DNA of 64,000 nucleotides from Synechococcales cyanobacterium VAR_4_metabat_354 (GCA_031414775.1 JANOQI010000046.1:32001-96000), one strand, 5' to 3'; shown: positions 51,876 to 62,318, counted from the stretch's first letter. Program-made: numbers and translations. Notes: a model not told the origin generated them from the sequence alone.

Positions 51876-52994
51876 CTAGCCACCAAAAAATGCTGGGAAG
51901 GTGATTTTGAAAGCGGCGGTGAGTAGTAAGTTAGCGAGGGCGATCGGCAATAGAAATTTCCAACCAAGGTTGAGGAGTTGATCGATCCGTACTCGGGGCA
52001 CTGTCCAGCGGGTTAAAACCGCCAAGAACACCAGCAAATAGGCTTTGAGCACCGTCATTGTGATCCCTAGAGAAGCATCAATGACCTGCAACCAGGAGCT
52101 ATCCGGGCTAGCATTTAGCCATTTACCAATTAGTTCGATCGGAATGGGGCTAGACCAGCCGCCTAAATAGAGAATTGCGACAAAGAGCGCTGATAACACC
52201 AAGTTAACGTAGGAAGCGATATAAAACAGCGCAAACTTCATCCCGGCATATTCAGTCTGATAACCAGCTACTAATTCTTCTTCAGCTTCTGGCAAGTCAA
52301 ATGGTAATCTTTCGCACTCGGCTAAGGCTGCAATCCAAAAAATCACAAAGCCAAAGGGCTGCCGCCAGATATTCCAGGAAAGAATACCCCATCCAGCCTG
52401 CTGCTCGACGATATCGATCGTACTCAAGCTATTCGACATCATCACCACGGCCAAGACGGCTAAGGCTAGGGGAATTTCGTAGCTAATGGATTGAGCAGCT
52501 GCTCTTAAACCACCCAGTAACGAATACTTATTATTAGAAGCATAGCCAGACATTAAGAGTCCGATCGGAGCAATGCTGGAAAGAGCAATCCACAAAAATA
52601 CGCCAGTGGAGATATTGGTGACTACCAGGTTTTGGCCAAAGGGCACAATTAGATACGACAAGAAAACTGGCAGCACCACCAAGATCGGTCCCATAGTGAA
52701 GAGATAGGGATCAGCCTTGGCGGGCAAAATATCTTCTTTAAAAAGGAGCTTGAGGCCGTCAGCCACCGGCTGGAGGACTCCCAACGGTCCCGCGAATTCT
52801 GGTCCAATACGCTGTTGGGCGGCAGCAGATACCTTTCGTTCTAGCCAGACATTTACGAAAACGCCCAAAGTTGCTCCAATTAGCATTAGTAACATGGGAA
52901 AAGGCATCCACAATACCTTAGCCAAATCGGCCGCAATGCCCAAATCACCAAGGGATTCGATAAAAGTTCCTTGTAAGTCAATACCTGAATTCAT
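51876..52994 (-). CDS. ndhA: NAD(P)H-quinone oxidoreductase subunit 1
   Basis: [19 protein letters not shown] and [21 protein letters not shown]. Confidence 0.98.
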   Translation of the reverse strand: MNSGIDLQGTFIESLGDLGIAADLAKVLWMPFPMLLMLIGATLGVFVNVWLERKVSAAAQQRIGPEFAGPLGVLQPVADGLKLLFKEDILPAKADPYLFTMGPILVVLPVFLSYLIVPFGQNLVVTNISTGVFLWIALSSIAPIGLLMSGYASNNKYSLLGGLRAAAQSISYEIPLALAVLAVVMMSNSLSTIDIVEQQAGWGILSWNIWRQPFGFVIFWIAALAECERLPFDLPEAEEELVAGYQTEYAGMKFALFYIASYVNLVLSALFVAILYLGGWSSPIPIELIGKWLNASPDSSWLQVIDASLGITMTVLKAYLLVFLAVLTRWTVPRVRIDQLLNLGWKFLLPIALANLLLTAAFKITFPAFFGG

Positions 52995-53108
52995 TCCAAC
53001 CTCTTATCTTGACCGTAGGAGAATCATCATTATTGTAGGCGGTTTAGAGCCATGCTGTAGCCCAGTATATCTTGCTCTGAGCCAGAATACATTCAGTTTG
53101 ACCATAGG

Positions 53109-53906
53109 TTAAGTCCAACCTTTGACGGTGTAAATCCAAGTACCAATATATTCCTTGAGAGCTGTCGTGAAATTGTCTAATCGTTGTGAGTCGGGGATCG
53201 CACTCAACGCAGCTGCTTCCCAGTTACGATTAGGTTCATCTAAGGCTAGTTGAGAAGCCAGATAATCGCTGGGTGCCGGGATTACATCCATTTTCAATTT
53301 ACGGAAAATCCGCAGCGACCTGGGCATATGAAAAGCCGAAGTGACCAGTAATACTTTTTTGATCTGGTGACCTACCATGATTTTTTGAACATTTACGGCA
53401 TTCTCGTAAGTGTTTAATGAATCGGGTTCTTCGATAATGGCCGCTGCTGGAATGCCCAGATCATTAGTGAGCACTTTGGCCATATCCGAAGATTCTGGAT
53501 CACCATAATCTTTCCAGTCAATCCGACCACCACTGATGATGATCAGCGGTGCTTTCCCCTGTTTATAGAGCTGAGCCGCATAAATCACTCGATCGCCTCT
53601 TTCACTTAGATCGACTCCGGGACGGGGATAAGATTTAGATCTGGTCGCTCCACCCAGTAATATGATCGCTTCCGCCGTGGGCATATCGCCGGAGGGGATA
53701 TTTTGCCATTCCAAGGATTTGATAATTTGGTTGGTTGTCCAAGCATTGCTAGAGAGCAAGATCGTAGCCAAGGCTAGCGCGACGGGGACTGCTGACCAGC
53801 GGGATTTTCGCCAAATCATGGCCAGGGTAATAATTAGCAGCAGGCTAGCGATGCCCAGGGGGTACAAAAAGATAGGTGGGAGCAGCTTGGAGAGAAATAA
53901 AGACAT
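53109..53906 (-). CDS. YdcF/ElyC (DUF218) family protein
   Basis: AIILLGG, SLNTYENA, LLVTSAFHMPRS and LKEYIG. Confidence 0.9.
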   Translation of the reverse strand: MSLFLSKLLPPIFLYPLGIASLLLIITLAMIWRKSRWSAVPVALALATILLSSNAWTTNQIIKSLEWQNIPSGDMPTAEAIILLGGATRSKSYPRPGVDLSERGDRVIYAAQLYKQGKAPLIIISGGRIDWKDYGDPESSDMAKVLTNDLGIPAAAIIEEPDSLNTYENAVNVQKIMVGHQIKKVLLVTSAFHMPRSLRIFRKLKMDVIPAPSDYLASQLALDEPNRNWEAAALSAIPDSQRLDNFTTALKEYIGTWIYTVKGWT

Positions 53907-54079
53907 TAGCTAGATCGCAAGATATTCTGTTATTCAGTCAGAGGTGATTCTCTCATAATCTTTGGGCATTTGGGGGGTCTTAACTATCGCTGCCAAAAAG
54001 TCGTCTTGGGAGCAATTTTTCTATGCGTGGTAGCCAGAAATGTTACATTACAAAGACGAAATTCTTCCCCACTTTCTTT

Positions 54080-55531
54080 ATGATTAATACCGTTCTGTTC
54101 TGGCATCGGCGTGACCTGCGTATTGTCGATAATGTCGGTTTAGATGCGGCTGTACAAACTGGAGCAATGGTGATGGGAGTTTTTTGTCTAGATTCCGCTT
54201 ACCTCGACCCGGCAAAAATTGCTGCGGCTCAAGTTGATTATGTGCTGGACTCTTTGCAGCTGCTTCAGCAGGATTACGCCGCAGCTGGTAGTAGGCTATT
54301 AATTACGAGACAATCTGCAATAACCGGGATTGTGGAGTTGGCAACTGGCTTAGGAGCTACGGCTTTGTACTGCAATGAATCTGTTGAACCCTATTATCGG
54401 CAACTAGATCAACAGATCGAAACAAATTTGCAGGAGAAGGGGATTGGGTTTAAAAGTTTTTGGGATCATCTCCTGCAAGCTCCAAAGACAGTTTATAGTG
54501 GTAGCAACCAACCCTACACAGTTTATACACCCTACTGGCGAAATTGGCAGGGTCGATCAAAAGCGACACCTATTGAGATAGGAAAATTCCCCAAGCTAGA
54601 GTTATCAGTAGCGGCGCAAACGGCGATCGATCGATTAACAATTCCCATCCCTACTTTGGCCGAACTGGGATTTACTTGGAATAAGTCCCAAATTTTAGCA
54701 GCTGGCACAGTCGCAGCCCAACAGCGTTTGGAACTTTTTACGGTTAAAGCGATTAATCACTATGATGTTGATCGCAACTTTCCAGCAATCGATGGCACTT
54801 CTACGCTCAGTCCAGCGCTGGCTTGGGGAACAATCGGTATTCGGACAGTCTGGCAAGCGACAACCCGCGCGATGGCTCAGGCTAATAGCGATGAAGCCCG
54901 CCAGGGAATTACTACTTGGCAGCAGGAGATTGCTTGGCGCGAATTCTATCATCAAGCCCTCTATCATTTTCCCCAGCTGTTAACTGGTCCTTATCGCCCA
55001 CTCTGGAATGATTTCCCCTGGTCTAATGATCGAGAGCGCTTTGATGCCTGGTGCAAAGGAAAGACTGGCTATCCGATCGTGGATGCCGCAATGCTCCAAC
55101 TAAATGAGACGGGCTGGATGCACAATCGTTGCCGGATGATTGTGGCCAGCTTTTTAACCAAAGACTTAATGATTAACTGGCAGTGGGGCGAGGAATATTT
55201 TATGCAAACTTTAGTGGATGGTGAACCCGCTGCCAACAATGGGGGTTGGCAGTGGAGTGCCTCCAGTGGTATGGATCCCAAACCTTTACGAATTTTTAAT
55301 CCATCCACCCAAGCCCAGAAATTTGATGCCCAGGGCGACTATATTCGGCATTGGCTACCAGAATTGCGATCAATTGATACCAAAGATTTGGTAATCGGTA
55401 AGATTCCACCGCTGTGGCGAGCCAGCAGTGGTTATCCAGAACCGATTGTTGATCACAATATCCAACAACGCGAGTTTAAACGGCTATATCAACTGTTGAA
55501 AACTAGCGACAAATCATCCCTGCCCGACTAG
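54080..55531 (+). CDS. phrA: Deoxyribodipyrimidine photolyase (class I CPD)
   Basis: WHRRDLR..DN, WREFY, GKTGYPIVDAAM..L..TGWMHNRCRM and NNGGWQW; start set at ATG 54080. Confidence 0.93.
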   Translation: MINTVLFWHRRDLRIVDNVGLDAAVQTGAMVMGVFCLDSAYLDPAKIAAAQVDYVLDSLQLLQQDYAAAGSRLLITRQSAITGIVELATGLGATALYCNESVEPYYRQLDQQIETNLQEKGIGFKSFWDHLLQAPKTVYSGSNQPYTVYTPYWRNWQGRSKATPIEIGKFPKLELSVAAQTAIDRLTIPIPTLAELGFTWNKSQILAAGTVAAQQRLELFTVKAINHYDVDRNFPAIDGTSTLSPALAWGTIGIRTVWQATTRAMAQANSDEARQGITTWQQEIAWREFYHQALYHFPQLLTGPYRPLWNDFPWSNDRERFDAWCKGKTGYPIVDAAMLQLNETGWMHNRCRMIVASFLTKDLMINWQWGEEYFMQTLVDGEPAANNGGWQWSASSGMDPKPLRIFNPSTQAQKFDAQGDYIRHWLPELRSIDTKDLVIGKIPPLWRASSGYPEPIVDHNIQQREFKRLYQLLKTSDKSSLPD

Positions 55532-55880
55532 CTGTGCAGTTAGACCCGTGGGCAGCACCACCTCTAAAACCGCCGCGTCCACCGCCCGATTGGTGGTTAT
55601 CATGACGCCTGAAACCGCTGCGTCCACCGCCGGATTGGTAATATCGACCGTAGCCATCACCACGCCTGAAACCGCCCCGTCCGCTACCCGATCTTTGGTA
55701 CCAACTGCGATAATGACGGCGGCGGTAGCCAGCACGACTAGCTATCATCGTAGGTGCAGTACTTACTAATGATAAGGAGCTGTTATTGCTGGTGGTATTG
55801 ACAGCAGCTTGGGCGGGCAGTAGTTCGACTGTCATCACTAAACCGACGATGATACTAACTAAAATTTTAATTTTTGGCAT
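55503..55880 (-). CDS. Secreted Gly/Arg-rich low-complexity protein
   Basis: Signal peptide ending AQA; three GGR(G/S)GFR repeats. Confidence 0.7.
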   Translation of the reverse strand: MPKIKILVSIIVGLVMTVELLPAQAAVNTTSNNSSLSLVSTAPTMIASRAGYRRRHYRSWYQRSGSGRGGFRRGDGYGRYYQSGGGRSGFRRHDNHQSGGGRGGFRGGAAHGSNCTASRAGMICR

Positions 55881-55928
55881 GATAAATAGAACTTTGTAAG
55901 GAACCTTTCTTTATCTTAGGTCAACTTT

Positions 55929-57365
55929 CTAGCTGGTTGTGACATTTTTTACCCAGTCAGCAGCAGCAGCTAGGGTGGCATGGACAGCTGATAAAGTTGG
56001 AGCTTCGCAGTAGAGGCGCAATACTGGTTCGGTACCACTAAAGCGAATTAACAACCAACTGCTGTCGGCTAAATGTAGTTTATAACCATCAGTAGTTTGC
56101 AACCTGACGACTGCCTGGTTATTGATTGTCTGGATGGGTGCTGTGGCTAGTTTATCAATCAGAATTGTCCTGACATTCATACTAGCTAGCTGGAGATCAT
56201 CTCGATCGTAGGCCGAGAAATAATTAGTTTGATTTTGGATTTGGCGGTATTGTTCACCTAAGTCTTGCTGAGTATCGGCGATCGATTCCAACAGATACAA
56301 AGCTGAGAGTAGGGCATCGCGCTCGGGAATATGATGTCCGTAGCCAATTCCGCCTGATTCTTCCCCACCAATTAAGACCGGGGTTTCTAACATACGATCG
56401 GCAATGTATTTGTAGCCAATTGGTGTTTCATACACCGGTAGATTATATAAAGCAGCGATTTTTGGAACCAAATCCGAAGTACTAACGGTCTTGACTACTT
56501 CCCCCCTCAGACCCCGCTTTTGATGCAAATGCTGAATTAAAATCGGCAGTAAAATTTGGGAGCTAAGAAAGTTACCGTCTCGATCGACCGCCGCAATCCG
56601 ATCACTATCACCATCAAAGGCCAAACCGATAGCAATGTTATTTGGCTGTTCGAGTTGTCTGTCGCGCACTTGATCACAGAGTTCAACTAAGTGATGTGCT
56701 AAAGGTTCGGGAGCAGTACCCCCAAAAAAGGGATCAGCGTTGCCATGTAACTCATGGACTGCTGATCCCAGTAATCGCTCCAAGCCAGTGGCTGCTGCTC
56801 CGTGCATCACATCAGCGAATACCTGAATTTTTCCTTGTTCAACTAACTGCTGAATTTTGGCGATATTTACTTGTTTACTAATAGCTGCACAATAACTGGG
56901 CCAAGGATCGAATTCTACTAAGCTCCCCGGATGACCAGTATTGATCAATTCATCCAGACGAGCTTCAATGCGCTGGGTCAATTCCGGCGCCACTGAACCA
57001 CCAAAATTACCTTTTACTTTGAGTCCTAAATAGTGGCCAGGATTATGACTAGCGGTAATTACCAAAGCCCCCAGCGCATTCTGGCTGTGCGCCGCCCAGC
57101 TAAAAGCCGGGGTGGGGGCAAAAGTATTGCTTAAAATTACTTCAAAGCCAGCTTGTTGCAGACCTGCCGCCATTTTCTGGGCAAACATCTCGGCCATGAA
57201 CCTTCGATCGAACCCGACAATGATCCGGCGATTATTGGTTTTGGCGGCAAAGGTTTCCAGTAATACTTGGGCGGCGATCGGAGCCACCATCAATAACTTT
57301 TTAAAGGTAAATTCTTGGGCAATGACTCCCCGCCAACCATCAGTACCAAATTTAATTTTTTCCAC
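55929..57365 (-). CDS. Phosphoglucomutase/phosphomannomutase family protein
   Basis: FGTDGWRG, ITASHNP, FDGDSDR, GGEESGG and RFSGTEP. Confidence 0.95.
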   Translation of the reverse strand: MEKIKFGTDGWRGVIAQEFTFKKLLMVAPIAAQVLLETFAAKTNNRRIIVGFDRRFMAEMFAQKMAAGLQQAGFEVILSNTFAPTPAFSWAAHSQNALGALVITASHNPGHYLGLKVKGNFGGSVAPELTQRIEARLDELINTGHPGSLVEFDPWPSYCAAISKQVNIAKIQQLVEQGKIQVFADVMHGAAATGLERLLGSAVHELHGNADPFFGGTAPEPLAHHLVELCDQVRDRQLEQPNNIAIGLAFDGDSDRIAAVDRDGNFLSSQILLPILIQHLHQKRGLRGEVVKTVSTSDLVPKIAALYNLPVYETPIGYKYIADRMLETPVLIGGEESGGIGYGHHIPERDALLSALYLLESIADTQQDLGEQYRQIQNQTNYFSAYDRDDLQLASMNVRTILIDKLATAPIQTINNQAVVRLQTTDGYKLHLADSSWLLIRFSGTEPVLRLYCEAPTLSAVHATLAAAADWVKNVTTS

Positions 57366-57521
57366 AATTTTCGGATCAGTAGCAACAGCTTTTTTAGTTT
57401 AACCTTTGCTGTCTAGCCTTTTGCTGGCAAAAGAAAAAGGGCGTTGCTGAATCATGGGATGAAAACAGATAACTCAAAAATTCAGAAGCCTGACCAGCTC
57501 TATTTTTCACTTTCTACAACT

Positions 57522-57995
57522 TACAGCGGTTTGCAGGGAAGAAAGGCACAATAAAAGATAGAAAGAAGTAGGTCAAGTCATAAAACCATACTCCATAGAT
57601 TTAAGAGAAAGGATGTGAGGGCAGTTGAAGAGGGCGGCTCTATTAGAAAAGTAGCCCAAAGTTTTGATGTCGGCAAAAATCTAGTCCAAAAATTAGTTAC
57701 ACAAAAGCGAGCTAAAGGCCATGTGATACCAGGTAAACAGGGTGGCTGGCTATATTCGAGAGGAAACCTGATGCTACCCTAAAGGAATATTGTGAATTAT
57801 TCGCTGATGAAACTGAGCTATGAGTGAGCTAAGCCACCATGTGCCGGACTTTCCAGAAGCTAAATTTACTACTCAAAAAAACGCTCCGCAGTAGTCAAGC
57901 CTAGACAGAACGAGTTTAACTGTTGAGAGGGGAATATTGGCGAGAAGTAAAGGATATAGAACTGAAGAACTTGGTTTTTCTTGATGAAATGAGGT
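57522..57995 (+). pseudogene. IS630-family transposase relic with left end
   Basis: TA-CAGCGGTTTGCAG end. Fragments in shifting frames with stops: (I)KPYSIDLRER, GSIRKVAQSFDVGK, PDATLKEYCE, ATMCR, EYWREVKDIELKNLVFLDE. Truncated after the first catalytic D. Confidence 0.85.
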
Positions 57996-58199
57996 TTTTG
58001 ATTTTAGCGATCGCCGTTCAGCTTGTTGCTGATGGCTTAATAGATATACTGAAGGAGTCTGCTCCAAATTTGCTAAAATGAAATAAAAATTCTGACTCTA
58101 CTTTATCACTTTTTACTCTCTTTATTAACTATTTCTTAGAGCTTACTGTATTTATTTGGGGTGTATTTACCGTGATCGGCTTAGGCTAGAATGTCCATT

Positions 58200-58553
58200 C
58201 TAATTAATTTTGCGGTTGTGTGGACAGAAGTCTCTACAATCACTTGCTTGCTCTGTCAGCGCAGTGACTGGATGAACAGTGCATTGAAGATATGTATTAT
58301 TGCTAAAATATTGGCAGCGATAACACGGAACGGGGTGATATTTATCAAAGCTTACTGAATGCTGTCTACTTTTGGGAATGTAAGCATAAATCAAAGTGCT
58401 GATCGTTGAGAATATCATAAAGCTAATAACGATTAGAAAAGCTGCATCCAGATTTTCAATCCTTCGCTGACTGGGAGCAAGTGAATTGGATGGCTGAATT
58501 GTGATTGTTTTCGTGTCCATTTGCATTTTCTCCATAAGGATTTTCGTTTGCAC
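58200..58553 (-). CDS. Single-TM protein with C-terminal Cys/His motif PCx2Cx10Cx2HPx10CxD
   Basis: TM segment followed by PCYRCQYFSNNTYLQCTVHPVTALTEQASDCRDF; the start may be 58535 or 58520. Confidence 0.8.
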   Translation of the reverse strand: MQTKILMEKMQMDTKTITIQPSNSLAPSQRRIENLDAAFLIVISFMIFSTISTLIYAYIPKSRQHSVSFDKYHPVPCYRCQYFSNNTYLQCTVHPVTALTEQASDCRDFCPHNRKIN

Positions 58554-58958
58554 TTCATATTCATATTTAGTGACACCACATGGTTAGATGCCATCTGAGT
58601 TATCTTCATCACCATTTGATGATGAAGAATCATCATTTAGATAAAATATCAATCAAGTTTTCTATCTTTCAGACTACGCTCAGGTTATGAGGAAGTTGTG
58701 AGCGTTGGCCTAGTCTCTCCGGTTCTAAAATAAACTATACAAGTGGCTCCGTTGATTTAATTACATTTGAGACATTCTGGTATGTTCTATTTTTAAATCT
58801 ATATGCCTCTTTAGAGGGAGAAATATACCTCGGAAGTCTATTAAAGGGAGTACTAGGCTAGGAACTTAATTTGTGTCGATCGGACGATTATCTTCTAGTG
58901 GTTGAACTGATAGAGTGTGGGGTATTAAGTTCCTTTTGAAACCACTATCAGGCTTTTT

Positions 58959-59117
58959 ATGCCCCGACTACTTGGAAAACCTTCAAAGACTCCTTTGTAC
59001 ATTGGAGTTGCTTTACTGGTTACCATCACTGGTGCAGTTGCACTGGAATATTACGGCACCATCGACGTAATTCCAGGATTTGGTCAAGACCATAAAGCCA
59101 TCAGACGTTACCTTTAA
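58959..59117 (+). CDS. Small (52 aa) single-TM protein, not in ORF track
   Basis: MPRLLGKPSKTPLYIGVALLVTITGAVALEYYGTIDVIPGFGQDHKAIRRYL*. Confidence 0.65.
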   Translation: MPRLLGKPSKTPLYIGVALLVTITGAVALEYYGTIDVIPGFGQDHKAIRRYL

Positions 59118-59201
59118 TGTCTAGATGTCTAGCACCTCAGATTCTGACTGACAGGTTCACTATAAATTAAGCAATTCCCAAATTCAAGGAAGGTAACGAT
59201 T

Positions 59202-60593
59202 GTGCGCAAGGGAAAAGATATCGTTGGTAAACCGGTAATCGCCTATGATTCCGGCGAGAAAATTGAAACTATTATGGATCTGATTTTTGACCAGTATGAT
59301 AACCGCCTGCTAGGATTTTTGATTGACGAAGCTGGTTGGTTCCACAATGCCAAAGTTTTGCCACTAGACCTAGTAAAAGCGATTGGGGTTGATGCTGTCA
59401 TTATTCCTTCTAAAGATATGATTGCTTCTTCTAGTGAATACGCCTCTATTCATAAGATCTTAGAGAAAAATAATGTTCTAAATGGTACCCGCATCATGAC
59501 TACTGATGGTCATGATTTAGGCACTTTAGTTGATTTTTACTTTGATGAGAATACTGGGGCTGTCGAAGGCTATGAAGCTTCTGGAGGATTGTTTGCTGAT
59601 GCCTACTCTGGAAGGTCGTTTGTACCTGCTCCCCAGACTCTCAAAATTGGTGAGGATGTCGCGTTTGTACCAGCGGAGACAGCAGGCTTGATGGAAGAGC
59701 AAGTTGGCGGCTTGAAAGCTGCTATGCAAAATGCTGGTGAAAAGCTGCAAGATACAACTCAAGTAGCAGGAGAAAAAATGCAAGAAGCTGGGCGAGCCGT
59801 TAACACGAAGTTAACCGACATAATTGTCGATAAAGCAGCTCAGAAAGCTTTTGTACTGGATAAGGTGGCTCGCAAAACAGTTGATGCTCCTAACGGCAGT
59901 CATTTGGTGATGACAGGCGAAGTTATTAACTTAGATGTGTCTAACATTGCCGAACAGCTAGGAATACTTGATGAACTGTATCGATCGGCTGGCGGCAATC
60001 TAACTAAACCATTAGGTGAGCAAATGGGTAATGCTGTTGCGACCCTGACAGTGGAGCAAGCCCAAGGGCGACGTTCACAACAAGCCGTTTACACCCCAGA
60101 AGGTTATATTGTTGCGGCTCAAGGTCAAATTGTGACGGCCCAAGTGATCGATCGCGCTAAGGTCAACCACCGGGAATCAGCTTTGTTGGAAGCAGTCGGT
60201 CTTTCTAGCTCAGGCGCTGCCCAATCTCAAGCTAGTAATATAGCCAATATCACTGGTGATCGGCTTAAAACAACAACGGCAGTCGCCCAAGAAGGTGCGG
60301 CTAATCTTTGGGATAAGGTGAAAGAGACTGCCAGCGATTTGCACGGGCGGAGCGCAGAGGCTCTCAACGAACAGAGAATCAAAGGAGCTTTAGGTCGTCC
60401 TACCACTCGAGTAATTCTCGATCGCAATGACGAGGTAATTTTAAACGTAGGCGAACTAATTACTCACAAATCTCTTGATAGCGCTCGAACAGCAGGTATC
60501 TTAGATCTCCTACTAGACTCAGTTTATACCGAGACCCCCAAATTATCTCTAGAAGAACTACGAGCACCAGGAACTGGTAAATCTGCTCTTTAA
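59202..60593 (+). CDS. PRC-barrel domain protein (two PRC barrels plus LEA-like helical repeats)
   Basis: DIVGKPVI...IGVDAVII and GTRIMTTDG..LG...IGEDVAFV barrels; AGEKLQ/AGEKMQ repeats; AAGG RBS. Confidence 0.85.
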   Translation: MRKGKDIVGKPVIAYDSGEKIETIMDLIFDQYDNRLLGFLIDEAGWFHNAKVLPLDLVKAIGVDAVIIPSKDMIASSSEYASIHKILEKNNVLNGTRIMTTDGHDLGTLVDFYFDENTGAVEGYEASGGLFADAYSGRSFVPAPQTLKIGEDVAFVPAETAGLMEEQVGGLKAAMQNAGEKLQDTTQVAGEKMQEAGRAVNTKLTDIIVDKAAQKAFVLDKVARKTVDAPNGSHLVMTGEVINLDVSNIAEQLGILDELYRSAGGNLTKPLGEQMGNAVATLTVEQAQGRRSQQAVYTPEGYIVAAQGQIVTAQVIDRAKVNHRESALLEAVGLSSSGAAQSQASNIANITGDRLKTTTAVAQEGAANLWDKVKETASDLHGRSAEALNEQRIKGALGRPTTRVILDRNDEVILNVGELITHKSLDSARTAGILDLLLDSVYTETPKLSLEELRAPGTGKSAL

Positions 60594-60788
60594 AAGATAT
60601 CTCAAGCTGGTTAAAGTCCCCATTGTTTTCTCATTCCAAGAAGAAACAATGGAGATTTCTAGTATATCTACCAAGTGAAGATTACTGCGATCATCCTTAG
60701 CATAAAAGCTTTCAGTATTCTCTATTTATAACTTCAGTATTTTTTTAAAATTCATCCATTTTTCCAAATTCTCTTCGAGTAACTTGCT

Positions 60789-61055
60789 ATGTTCATCCCA
60801 AATCAACTCCAGTTCATTATATCTATTTGCAAAGTGACCTTTACAGCTGGTCTGGTGCTGATTTCAATCAACTTCGTCTGGTCACGTTGGAAATTTCTCC
60901 AAAAACGCCGGATGAATTTTCGGCACTCGCTTCATATCCCTTGTAGTCACTGCATTTTTTTCACAGACGAACATATCCTCAAATGTGCGGTTCATCCTTG
61001 TAAGGCATTGAAGAAAGAGGCTATCGATTGCTTAGACTATCAACCTGCTCACTAG
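60789..61055 (+). CDS. Single-TM protein with Cys/His motif, paralog of 58200-58553
   Basis: PCSHCIFFTDEHILKCAVHPCKALKKEAIDCLDY, with identical motif spacing. Confidence 0.8.
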   Translation: MFIPNQLQFIISICKVTFTAGLVLISINFVWSRWKFLQKRRMNFRHSLHIPCSHCIFFTDEHILKCAVHPCKALKKEAIDCLDYQPAH

Positions 61056-61120
61056 TATAGATAGCATTGAAAAATCCAATGTTTGAGAACCTTAGGCAAG
61101 AGTGCTTAGCGCAAATCCTC

Positions 61121-61169
61121 TCTATCCATTGACTTCAACAATTATTTTAGAGCTCATCCACTTGATAGA
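61121..61169. promoter_or_regulatory. Paired palindromic boxes upstream of desaturase
   Basis: TCTATC-CATT-GACTTC (61121-61136) and TCATCC-ACTT-GATAGA (61154-61169). Confidence 0.45.
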
Positions 61170-61216
61170 AGTAGAGAATATATCCAGCTGATAAAATTTA
61201 GTCCAAAACAACGATA

Positions 61217-62047
61217 GTGTATAAATACATTTCACTGCCAGGAGAAACGAAATTGACCAACTACTCATTTGGGTTCTATGGACTGGCCTTCTTTGGGATT
61301 ATCCTGGTACGGTATTTTATCTCAGCCGGAGCTACACATTTACTTTTGTATGGAAATTTTAGTCAACCAGCTACTGACAAAGATCCTGGCTCTTTATTAA
61401 AGAATCTACTACCACCATGGCAATTTTCTTGCAGACAAGCTCCGTCAACAATTAAGCGAGATATTAAACTTTCAGTGCTTTCCTCGATCATATTTGCACT
61501 GGGTGCAGCATCGATTATGTCGGCATATGACTTGGGCAGCACGCGACTGTATTCCGATATTCACCAGTATCCATTATGGTATTTAGGTGTTAGTTATGTT
61601 GTGTCGATCCTACTTCAAGATACCTACTTTTATTTCTTACACCGATTATTTCACCACCCTTTGCTATTTCGCTGGTGGCATCAGGGTCATCACTTATCAA
61701 AAAATCCTACGCCTTGGACATCTTTTGCTTTCGATCCACCAGAAGCAATCGTCCAAGCATTGTTTCTAGTAGGAATTGTCTTCCTAATTCCACTTCATTT
61801 CATTACTGTTATTGCAGTGCTCAGTACCATGACGGTCTGGGGAATTGTGAATCATCTTGGACTCGAACAGCTACCTGCTAATTTTCCCCATCATTGGTGC
61901 GGTCGCTGGTTCACGGGTCCAGCTCACCACGCCATTCATCATCGCCAATACACATTGCATTATGGGCTGTATTTTACTTTTTGGGACAGACAACTCGGCA
62001 CCCAATCACTTCACTATGAGGAGGAACTTGCTGATGTCACTCACTGA
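61217..62047 (+). CDS. Sterol desaturase / fatty acid hydroxylase superfamily protein
   Basis: His boxes HRLFH, HQGHH, VNH and HHAIHH; the start may be TTG 61253 after GGAG. Confidence 0.9.
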   Translation: MYKYISLPGETKLTNYSFGFYGLAFFGIILVRYFISAGATHLLLYGNFSQPATDKDPGSLLKNLLPPWQFSCRQAPSTIKRDIKLSVLSSIIFALGAASIMSAYDLGSTRLYSDIHQYPLWYLGVSYVVSILLQDTYFYFLHRLFHHPLLFRWWHQGHHLSKNPTPWTSFAFDPPEAIVQALFLVGIVFLIPLHFITVIAVLSTMTVWGIVNHLGLEQLPANFPHHWCGRWFTGPAHHAIHHRQYTLHYGLYFTFWDRQLGTQSLHYEEELADVTH

Positions 62048-62318
62048 AATAAATATTAATGACCTAGATCAACTGAATCAGTTTCGTCTAGAGCGCCTTT
62101 TACACTTTTTTACTTCTAGCTTGCCACTTTGTCTAATTCAGGTTGATACTAGCAATAATACGCTGGTTGTATATTGCCCTTATGCAAAAATTGTAGACGA
62201 GTTACTAGATGAATTCGAAGATTTATGTCACCATGCCTGGTTGATTTTAGGAGTAAGTGAGATCGCTTTATACTTCTGTCAAGAGGAAATTTTGCACATT
62301 AATATTTACTCGCACTAG
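62034..62318 (+). CDS. Hypothetical protein (94 aa), overlapping the desaturase 3' end
   Basis: GAGGAGG RBS then ATG 62034: MSLTEININDLDQLNQFRLERL...HAWLILGV; C-terminal part of ORF 61857-62318. Confidence 0.7.
   Translation: MSLTEININDLDQLNQFRLERLLHFFTSSLPLCLIQVDTSNNTLVVYCPYAKIVDELLDEFEDLCHHAWLILGVSEIALYFCQEEILHINIYSH

Noticed and set aside
55560..55700. Direct repeats suggesting a CRISPR array
   Set aside because: Only three degenerate units, in frame within a Gly/Arg-rich ORF; no cas genes. No CRISPR array was seen in the window.
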